NCBI GenBank assembly: GCA_026398535.1
Contig: JAPLSQ010000058.1
Location: 34,339 to 98,338, forward strand
Source of the DNA: Candidatus Sumerlaeota bacterium
GTDB taxonomy: Bacteria; Sumerlaeota; Sumerlaeia; Sumerlaeales; Sumerlaeaceae
DNA: 64,000 bases
Direction of reading: 5' to 3'
Shown here in pieces: positions 43,392 through 50,097 of the stretch. The position numbers and the translations under genes were made by a program. Position 1 is the first letter of the stretch, and each line of letters begins with the position of its first letter. The notes under the pieces were generated by a model. That model was not told where the DNA came from. It made no database searches and saw only the letters and a program-made list of their open reading frames with translations.

Positions 43392-44200
43392 TATTCACCA
43401 CAGAGACAACCGCCGTGCTCGATGTCGTCAGCCTGCGCGCGGGCCCAACGACCATTCTTTGTGATGTGTCGCTCACGCTTCAGCGTGGCGAATTTGTATG
43501 CGTGCTTGGACCCAATGGCGCCGGCAAGAGCACAATGCTTTCCATGATGAACGGCACGGCGCGGCCAACCGCCGGAACAGTCAGGCTGCTCGGAACGTCC
43601 GTCTGGGAAACCGGGGAGCGAGTCCGCGCCCGCCTGCGTGCGCGCATTGGGACCGTGCTTCAGCGCAGTGAGTACAATCCGCAGATTCCCCTCACCACGC
43701 GCGAGGTGGTCGCGATCGGCCGCGCCGGACCCTGCGGCATCCTGCGGGCGCTTGACACCCAGGACTGGCGCCGCGTTGACGAAGCCATTGACTGTCTTGA
43801 CCTTGCCCCCCTTGCCGGGCGGGTATATCACACTCTTTCAGGCGGCGAACAGCAGAAGACGCAGATCGCGCGCGCGCTGGCACAACACCCCCGGATGCTG
43901 CTGCTCGACGAACCGGCCACCGGCTTGGACATCGACTGGCAGGAACGGATGATCAGTTTGGTCGATTCTCTGTTTGGGAGCGCCGATATCCCTGTCGTCA
44001 TGACGACCCACCACACGGGACATATTCCCCCCTGTTGCAACCGCGTGGTGCTTTTGTCGCGCGGCCGGGTCGTATTTGACGACGCCCCGGACGCCGCACT
44101 CACTGCGCCGGTCCTGTCGGCTCTGTATGGCTGCCGCATTGAAGTCATCGAGCGCAACGGCCGTCGTCACTGTCACAGCGCCGGAGGGTTCGCGCCATGA
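43388..44200 (+). CDS. metal ABC transporter ATP-binding protein (ZnuC-like)
   Basis: GPNGAGKST, LSGGEQQK, LLLDEP; first 19 nt (ATGATATTCACCACAGAGA) also occur at 28781-28799. Confidence 0.9.
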   Translation: MIFTTETTAVLDVVSLRAGPTTILCDVSLTLQRGEFVCVLGPNGAGKSTMLSMMNGTARPTAGTVRLLGTSVWETGERVRARLRARIGTVLQRSEYNPQIPLTTREVVAIGRAGPCGILRALDTQDWRRVDEAIDCLDLAPLAGRVYHTLSGGEQQKTQIARALAQHPRMLLLDEPATGLDIDWQERMISLVDSLFGSADIPVVMTTHHTGHIPPCCNRVVLLSRGRVVFDDAPDAALTAPVLSALYGCRIEVIERNGRRHCHSAGGFAP

Positions 44201-45060
44201 TGTTTCTCTGGCAGGCGGCGGCCGTCCTTGCCGGTTCTTCCACCGGGTTGCTCGGTGTCTATGTCGTCGGATTCCGGATGCCCTTCCTTGGCATCGCGAT
44301 GGCGCATGCCGCGATGGCCGGGGCCGTTCTGGCATGTCTGCTGGGGTTGCCTGTCGGCCCGCTGGCGCTCCTGTTCGCGTTGCTGGCCGCGGCGGTCATG
44401 GCATGGCTTGTCACGACGCATTTACGCGCCGATCTCAACACGGTGACAAGCATCCTGCTTTCGCTCACGATGGGGCTCGCGTTTCTTGGCATCGGTCTGA
44501 ACAAGGGCGATATGACGCCGCTGCTTGGCCTGATGTGGGGCAGCCTGCTTTTTGTGCGGCCGGCGGATGTCTGGATCATGCTGGCGATGATGGCTGCGCT
44601 CGTTCTGTTCGTGACGATGCTGGGCAAGGAGATGGACGCCATGCTGTTCAGCCGCAACATCGCACGCGCCTGCGGCGTCAACGACCGGCTCGTGCTTGTC
44701 CTGTTCCTGGTGCTTGCCGCGGTGATCATCACGGTGAACCTTCAGATTGTGGGCGGACTGCTCATGTACAGCCTGCTCACGAATCCTGCCGCGGCCGCGT
44801 TCGAAATTGGGCGCGGCATGCGCGCGGTGCGGTTTCTGGCCGCCTCGGCCGGCGCGCTCGGCGCTGTTGGCGGTTTCTGGCTGTCCTATCCCCTGAACCT
44901 GCCCACCGGCGCCTGCATCGTTATTGTGAGCGCATTGCTCTACGCCGTCGCATTGGCGGCCGGACAACCACGGAGAACACGGACAAGCACGGACAAGCAC
45001 GGACGAACGAAGACCGGTCAGCGAGTACGCCATCAGGCGGACAACCAAGGACACGGATGA
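44197..45060 (+). CDS. metal ABC transporter permease (ABC-3 / ZnuB-like)
   Basis: 8-9 TM helices, GLLGVYVV...FLGIAMAHAAMAGA typical of ABC-3; ATGA overlap with ATPase; last about 33 codons repeat-encoded. Confidence 0.85.
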   Translation: MMFLWQAAAVLAGSSTGLLGVYVVGFRMPFLGIAMAHAAMAGAVLACLLGLPVGPLALLFALLAAAVMAWLVTTHLRADLNTVTSILLSLTMGLAFLGIGLNKGDMTPLLGLMWGSLLFVRPADVWIMLAMMAALVLFVTMLGKEMDAMLFSRNIARACGVNDRLVLVLFLVLAAVIITVNLQIVGGLLMYSLLTNPAAAAFEIGRGMRAVRFLAASAGALGAVGGFWLSYPLNLPTGACIVIVSALLYAVALAAGQPRRTRTSTDKHGRTKTGQRVRHQADNQGHG

Positions 45061-45074
45061 AATACCCGCACCAA
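44961..45074 (+). repeat. decamers + repeat A + 33-nt ATG module
   Basis: CGGACAACCACGGAGAACACGGACAAGCACGGACAAGCACGGACGAACGAAGA, A at 45014-45037 (frame 3), CGGA, CAACCAAGGACACGGATGAAATACCCGCACCAA (45042-45074). Confidence 0.95.
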
Positions 45075-45932
45075 TCCGATGAGGCCCTCGGCGCGTTCTT
45101 TGACAAGTGCGCCTTGAATGGTGACATGGCGGATTTTACGCCTGAGGAGCAGAGGAAGCTGGCAAGTTTCCTGAGATTGTGGGACATCAGGGCTGGCCAG
45201 CATGTGTTGGAGCCGGGGTGTGGCAGCGGACGCCTGACAGCCCGGCTGGCTTCCATCGCGGGGTCTGAGGGCAGGGTCCATGCGTGCGACCTCTCACCCG
45301 AGATGATCCGCCGCGCGAAACAGCACGGGTTGCCGCCCCAAGCGGAATTTGTTGTCGAATCCATCAACACGCTGCACGAGCCAGACAAATCGTTCGACCA
45401 CGTCGTCTGCCTGAACGTCTTCCCGCATTTCAGCCACCATCCCCGGGCGCTGGCACAGATTGCCCGCGTGCTCAAGCCGGGCGGGCATCTGTGGATCAGC
45501 CATTTTGAAGGAAGCGACCGCATCAATCAGTTCCACCGCGATGCGGCGCCCGAGGTGGCCCAACACATGCTGCCGGGCGCGCAGGCAATGCGGCAACTTA
45601 TAGCCGGAGCCGGCCTCACATGGATAGGGCTGACCGACATACCGGAGATGTACTCGCTGCACGCCATCAAAAGCACGGAGAACACGGACAACCACGGACA
45701 AGCACGAAGAAGCACGGAGAACCCGGAGAGCACGGACAAGCACTACGGCGACATCATGCCGTTGCTCAGGCGCGTCACCACCCCGGCGCTCATGGTTCCA
45801 TTGGTCGGATCATACCATGTGCGCGGCGGTACGGGAAGATGCGAAGCGTCAGAGTCCCAGAAGCTCATGGGGCCGATCGGCCCGACGCTCCACAGAGCCC
45901 ATTTCGCCGGGGCTGACTGCTCATCGAAGTAG
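45057..45932 (+). CDS. class I SAM-dependent methyltransferase with repeat-mediated 3' read-through
   Basis: VLEPGCGSGRL (motif I), VLKPGGHLWI; fold ends near ...EMYSLHAIK (about 45669) but first in-frame stop is at 45930-45932. Confidence 0.7.
   Translation: MKYPHQSDEALGAFFDKCALNGDMADFTPEEQRKLASFLRLWDIRAGQHVLEPGCGSGRLTARLASIAGSEGRVHACDLSPEMIRRAKQHGLPPQAEFVVESINTLHEPDKSFDHVVCLNVFPHFSHHPRALAQIARVLKPGGHLWISHFEGSDRINQFHRDAAPEVAQHMLPGAQAMRQLIAGAGLTWIGLTDIPEMYSLHAIKSTENTDNHGQARRSTENPESTDKHYGDIMPLLRRVTTPALMVPLVGSYHVRGGTGRCEASESQKLMGPIGPTLHRAHFAGADCSSK
45672..45744 (+). repeat. decamer block after methyltransferase fold
   Basis: GCACGGAGAACACGGACAACCACGGACAAGCACGAAGAAGCACGGAGAACCCGGAGAGCACGGACAAGCAC; preceded by ACGCCATCA (A 3'-like fragment). 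Confidence 0.9.
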
Positions 45933-46390
45933 GGAATGTCCGTTGACGGGCCGCCGTCGAGCGGGAAATCCCTCGGAATCCACAAAGCCAGAATCGTCTG
46001 GACCTCGTTGGACCAGCCAAAACCGGGGGCGATGTATTTGTAACGCCGCCCTTCCCGCCCCCCCCCGTTAAACACGTCGCAATACCGGTTGCTCAGGTAG
46101 GGAACCGGCGAGGTCAGTTCCGGCGGCAGAATGTTGTGCTCATCCTGGTTCGCCTGCATGCCCGCGCAGTAGGTGCGCGCGGGCGGATAACGGTTCTGGT
46201 CCGACCGGTACATCTCGACACCGCTGGCAATCGCGCGCAAGTCGGCTTTGGCGCGGGCGACTTTGGATCTGGTCTGCGCCAGCAGAAAGTTGGGCGTCGC
46301 GATGGCCGCAAGGATCGCGATGATCGCCGCGACGATCAGCAGTTCCACGAGTGTGAAACCGGACGCCCGCTTTCCGTCCGCCTTGAGCAT
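45743..46390 (-). CDS. prepilin-type N-terminal cleavage/methylation domain protein (DUF1559 / H-X9-DG family)
   Basis: GFTLVELLIVAAIIAILAAIATPNF; ATG 46388-46390 overlaps upstream stop (TAATG). Confidence 0.85.
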   Translation of the reverse strand: MLKADGKRASGFTLVELLIVAAIIAILAAIATPNFLLAQTRSKVARAKADLRAIASGVEMYRSDQNRYPPARTYCAGMQANQDEHNILPPELTSPVPYLSNRYCDVFNGGGREGRRYKYIAPGFGWSNEVQTILALWIPRDFPLDGGPSTDIPYFDEQSAPAKWALWSVGPIGPMSFWDSDASHLPVPPRTWYDPTNGTMSAGVVTRLSNGMMSP

Positions 46391-47268
46391 TATTCGTAAC
46401 ACTCCCAATCTCTGGCGGAGGCGGGGGCAAGGTTTATGTCCGAGTACTTCCTGACCCAAAGACGGTATGCGCTCGTGCAGGGAAACTCCGTGTCCTCCTG
46501 ATCGAAGATGCCTGTCACGCTGAAGGTTTCCGCGGGCGCTGAATGCGAGTTGAAATCACCCTGGCTGGACAACAGCAGCGTCATGGTGGCAACATTGTCA
46601 TCGGTGATCACGATCGAATTACCCGCGCCCCATTCGCCCGAGACGATGCGGGCATTTGAGAGTTTGCACCACCGGGCCTGGTATTTCTCGCCCCCTGTGG
46701 CGCGCGTCTGGTCGAAGAAGTTGCAGGCGGCGACACAGGGGATCGTTTCCGGGGCCGGCATTCCCGCGCCTGAGGCCAGCTTCGTGACGGTGAACTGCAT
46801 GCCTGGCGCCGCCGAGTGACGCTCGGTGATGTTCACCTTGCCGTTGTGGTCTTCGATGAAGCCATCGATCTGGATGCGGTCGCCCGGCAGGATGTCCGAT
46901 GGAAACCGGGGCCACGCGGGGTTATAGAAGATGCCCGCCCACGCTGCGATGCCGCCGTTGCCGGGCGATTCTCCCTGAACATACGCCTGCCACTGCATGG
47001 ACGTGTCGACAAGTTCAGCCGGGCTGTTCAGCGCGATACCCGAAATCACGACCCTGTTGGGCGAGTTTGCCGGATCGGCGCCTGGCGGCGCGCCGACTTT
47101 CGGGTGCGTTCCCGCGCCGTTTGAATCAACGGCTTCGAGATCCCAGATATGCTCAGCATGTGACAGCGGCGCGACGGCTGCAAGCGCGAGCGCCAGCAGG
47201 AGAACACGGACAAGCACGGACAACCCGGAGAACACGGACAAGCACAGACAACCACGGACAAAGAACAC
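46390..47268 (-). CDS. secreted hypothetical protein
   Basis: 292-aa ORF; ...VLVRVLLLALALAAVAPLSHA|EH signal-like; N-terminal about 22 codons are the antisense reading of a decamer block; start (GTG 47268 or internal GTG) uncertain. Confidence 0.6.
   Translation of the reverse strand: MFFVRGCLCLSVFSGLSVLVRVLLLALALAAVAPLSHAEHIWDLEAVDSNGAGTHPKVGAPPGADPANSPNRVVISGIALNSPAELVDTSMQWQAYVQGESPGNGGIAAWAGIFYNPAWPRFPSDILPGDRIQIDGFIEDHNGKVNITERHSAAPGMQFTVTKLASGAGMPAPETIPCVAACNFFDQTRATGGEKYQARWCKLSNARIVSGEWGAGNSIVITDDNVATMTLLLSSQGDFNSHSAPAETFSVTGIFDQEDTEFPCTSAYRLWVRKYSDINLAPASARDWECYE
47199..47266 (+). repeat. decamer block overlapping 5' end of a - strand CDS
   Basis: GGAGAACACGGACAAGCACGGACAACCCGGAGAACACGGACAAGCACAGACAACCACGGACAAAGAAC. 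Confidence 0.92.
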
Positions 47269-47288
47269 TTCTCAGAAACCCTCCTGTG

Positions 47289-47365
47289 TTCACACGAATT
47301 ATAATTTAGTGTGAATTATGCCGCCATCAAATTCTATTCACACGCTCCAGCCCGTTTGTGTGAAT
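47289..47365. promoter_or_regulatory. two inverted repeats TTCACAC-N13/14-GTGTGAA (candidate NikR operators)
   Basis: TTCACAC 47289-47295 / GTGTGAA 47309-47315; ATTCACAC 47336-47343 / GTGTGAAT 47358-47365; located between nikR and the divergent 47268 operon. Confidence 0.45.
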
Positions 47366-47406
47366 TAGAGGCATCGGCTGTCCTATACAGATTTAGGAGG
47401 CATCAG

Positions 47407-47829
47407 ATGGGTGAAGCAGCCCGATATACTGTTTCAATGGACGGCCGCCTGCTGGAGCAATTCGACGAGCTGATCGACAAGCGCGGATACGCGAACCGCT
47501 CGGAGGCCATCCGCGGCCTTATCCGGGGCGCGCTGGTGGAGGAGCAATGGTCGGCAAGGCCGGCGGCAAAGGTTGCCGCCACAATAACGCTTGTCTATTC
47601 CCATCACGCGGGCGGCATCGCCAACCAGGTCGCGCACACTCAGCATCACCACTGCAATCTCGTCGTTTCCTCCACGCACGTGCATCTTGACAACGACAAC
47701 TGCCTTGAGGTGGTCATCGTCCGAGGCCCGAGCGCCCGGGTGCGGAAACTTGCCGAGGAACTCATCTCGCTCAAGGGAATCAAGCACGGAAAAGCGGTTT
47801 TCACAACCGAGGGGAAAGACATAGTCTAA
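47407..47829 (+). CDS. nikR: nickel-responsive transcriptional regulator NikR
   Basis: RHH N-domain RYTVSMDGRLLEQFDELIDKRGYANRSEAIR; C-domain HTQHHHCNLVVSSTHVHLD; AGGAGG RBS at 47395-47400. Confidence 0.9.
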   Translation: MGEAARYTVSMDGRLLEQFDELIDKRGYANRSEAIRGLIRGALVEEQWSARPAAKVAATITLVYSHHAGGIANQVAHTQHHHCNLVVSSTHVHLDNDNCLEVVIVRGPSARVRKLAEELISLKGIKHGKAVFTTEGKDIV

Positions 47830-47830
47830 A

Positions 47831-47852
47831 ACGCGGACAACACGGACAACAA
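47831..47852 (+). repeat. short degenerate decamer block
   Basis: ACGCGGACAACACGGACAACAA directly after nikR stop. Confidence 0.6.
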
Positions 47853-47868
47853 AAGACTTAAAGGAAAT

Positions 47869-49401
47869 TTGATCATGACACGCATGTTACGCATCATATC
47901 GCTTGTCTGCATCAGCTTGGCAAGCGCCACGGCCATGGCGGCCATTCAGGGCTCGGTTTTTGACGATGCCAATGGCAACGGTCAGCGCGATGCCGGCGAA
48001 AAAGGCATCGCCGGCGCGGCGGTTTCAGACCAGGAGCATGTTGTTCTCACGGACGCTGAGGGGCGCTACGAGCTTCCTGATGCCGCGCACGTGACGGTTT
48101 TTGTGACCATGCCATCGGATTATGAGGCTCCGCGGCATCCCGAATATGGCGTGCCCCAGTTCTTCCGCAACATCCACGCGGCCGACCGCGGCCTGTTCAA
48201 AGCCACCGTGCCGCCGCCTGCGACGCTCGATTTTCCGTTGCAGAAACGTCCGGGCGCCGGCGACAAGGCGCGCATGATTGTTTTCTCCGATCCGCAGGTC
48301 TATTCGGCCGACGTCCTGTCCTATTACCGCGCCGACGCAATCAACGAACTGATGGGGCAGAAAGCCGATTTTGTCATTACGCTGGGCGACATCACGGGCG
48401 ACGCCCCCGGTCTGCTGGACGACATGGCCGCCGCCACCGCCGCGCTCGGGATTCCCGTTTTCGGAGTCATCGGCAACCACGACCGCAATTACGAGGCCGA
48501 AAACCCCGATGAGAGCCCGGCCGACTTCAAACGCGTCTACGGTCCCGACTGGTACTCGTTCGACCGCGGCAAGACGCATTTCGTGGCGCTCAACACCGTC
48601 TACTTCCTGGGCAAGGGTTCCGGCTATGACAGCGGACTCAACGACAAGCAGTTGCGCTGGCTGAAAGCCGACCTTGAAAAGACGCCCGCCGACCGCATGG
48701 TGTGCCTGATGATGCACATCCCCATGGGCAAGGAGGCCGATGACGAAAAGCAGCACGGATTTGACGAATTGAAGTCATTGCTCAAGGACCGCCAGGCGCC
48801 CATCCTGGCCATCGCAGGACACTGGCACACGAACAGCGCATGGCAGATGACCGAAAAGGAGGGCTGGACGGGCAAGGCCGTGTTCCACCACTATGTTGTG
48901 CCAACGGTCTGCGGCGGCTGGTGGGGCGGCCCCGACGATTACCGCGGCGTGCCTTACGCCGACCAGAGCGACGGCACGCCCAACGGCTACACGATATGGG
49001 ATTTTGACGGCGTCTCCTACAAGGCGCGCTTCAAACCGTCCAATTTCAGCGATCATTTCCAGGCGCGGATCTACACGCCCGACATGAACGACTCGGCATT
49101 GACCTCGCAATCGATCCTGGCCAACATTTTCTTTGCGCCCGCGGCGGCGGCGGTGGAAATGAGCGTCGACAACGGGGCGTGGAAGCTCATGGAACGCGTC
49201 CGTATGAAAGACCCCTGGGTTCGCTCCATTTACGACACCCCCTATGCGCGGCGAGCCTCGTGGATGGACGTGAGGCGCAGCCAGCACATCTGGCGCGGCG
49301 ACACCGGCGAATTGAAATCCGGACCGCATGCCGCGCGGATTCGCACCCCCATGCTTGACGGTTCGGTTCTTGAGCAGGGAAGCACGTTCGTGAAACGCTG
49401 A
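47869..49401 (+). CDS. secreted calcineurin-like metallophosphoesterase
   Basis: signal peptide; DANGNGQRDAGEKG (SdrD-B-like); FSDPQ, GDITGD, GNHD, MHIP, GHWH. Confidence 0.75.
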   Translation: MIMTRMLRIISLVCISLASATAMAAIQGSVFDDANGNGQRDAGEKGIAGAAVSDQEHVVLTDAEGRYELPDAAHVTVFVTMPSDYEAPRHPEYGVPQFFRNIHAADRGLFKATVPPPATLDFPLQKRPGAGDKARMIVFSDPQVYSADVLSYYRADAINELMGQKADFVITLGDITGDAPGLLDDMAAATAALGIPVFGVIGNHDRNYEAENPDESPADFKRVYGPDWYSFDRGKTHFVALNTVYFLGKGSGYDSGLNDKQLRWLKADLEKTPADRMVCLMMHIPMGKEADDEKQHGFDELKSLLKDRQAPILAIAGHWHTNSAWQMTEKEGWTGKAVFHHYVVPTVCGGWWGGPDDYRGVPYADQSDGTPNGYTIWDFDGVSYKARFKPSNFSDHFQARIYTPDMNDSALTSQSILANIFFAPAAAAVEMSVDNGAWKLMERVRMKDPWVRSIYDTPYARRASWMDVRRSQHIWRGDTGELKSGPHAARIRTPMLDGSVLEQGSTFVKR

Positions 49402-49453
49402 CCGCTGGTAATGGATGTGCGCGATCCCGGATTTCGCGTGTTCGTTTTATAAA

Positions 49454-49490
49454 AATTATCACGCAAAGACGCAAAGAACGCCAAGGAAGA
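49454..49490 (+). repeat. 37-bp direct repeat, left copy, flanking GxxExxY gene
   Basis: AATTATCACGCAAAGACGCAAAGAACGCCAAGGAAGA; 36/37 identical to 50002-50038. Confidence 0.93.
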
Positions 49491-49561
49491 CAAAAAAGCA
49501 AGGCGAGAGAAAAACAATATGTTTTCCATGGCACGTTACACGGACACAAAGGACGCCAAGC

Positions 49562-49951
49562 ATGACAGAGAACGAAATTGGCAGAATCGTGGTGGACGCC
49601 GCACTCGCTGTTCATCGTGAGCTTGGACCGGGTCTTCTGGAGACTGTATACGAAGTCGTGCTGGCACAAGAATTGTCAGACCGCGGACTGAAGGCCGAAC
49701 GCCAATTACCTGTTTCCATCACTTGCCGGGGAATCACGTTTGATGTGGGATTCCGGGCCGACATCATCGTCGAGGACAAGGTGATCCTGGAATTGAAGTC
49801 TGTCGAAAAAATCACCCCAGCACACAAGAAGCAACTGCTCACATACCTGAAGCTTACAGACACGAAGCTGGGATTCCTGTTAAACTTCGGCGAAGCCTTG
49901 ATAAAAGATGGCATCAGCCGGATGGTCAACGGCCTCGACGAGAGCAGATGA
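49562..49951 (+). CDS. GxxExxY protein (PD-(D/E)XK nuclease superfamily)
   Basis: GPGLLETVY (G-x-x-E-x-x-Y), ADIIVEDKVILELK (D...E.K), about 129 aa. Confidence 0.88.
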   Translation: MTENEIGRIVVDAALAVHRELGPGLLETVYEVVLAQELSDRGLKAERQLPVSITCRGITFDVGFRADIIVEDKVILELKSVEKITPAHKKQLLTYLKLTDTKLGFLLNFGEALIKDGISRMVNGLDESR

Positions 49952-50001
49952 TTCTTGGCGGGCTTGGCGGCTTGGCGAGAGAATGTTTTGGTTGGATTAT
50001 G

Positions 50002-50038
50002 AATTATCGCGCAAAGACGCAAAGAACGCCAAGGAAGA
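50002..50038 (+). repeat. 37-bp direct repeat, right copy
   Basis: AATTATCGCGCAAAGACGCAAAGAACGCCAAGGAAGA. Confidence 0.93.
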
Positions 50039-50097
50039 AAACAAATTTTGCAATCTGCTTGACCTCCGGCGTTAACAAGATTCGTGTGATAGGCACT

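Noticed and set aside
44076-45056. Upstream 327 codons of the 618-aa track ORF 44076..45932
   Set aside because: This part overlaps the well-supported ABC ATPase and permease genes out of frame and has an Arg-rich nonsense composition. Only the part from ATG 45057 (methyltransferase) is credible.
15649-46066. Poly-C tracts and decamers as sequencing or assembly artefacts
   Set aside because: Every tract inside a gene keeps the reading frame of a protein with conserved motifs on both sides. The repeats join flanking genes with intact starts and stops. Read-level verification is still advisable for tract lengths.
49454-50038. Insertion sequence or transposon
   Set aside because: There is no transposase and there are no terminal inverted repeats. 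The flanks carry direct repeats only, and the sole gene is a small nuclease-fold protein. I kept it as a cassette-like finding rather than an IS call.
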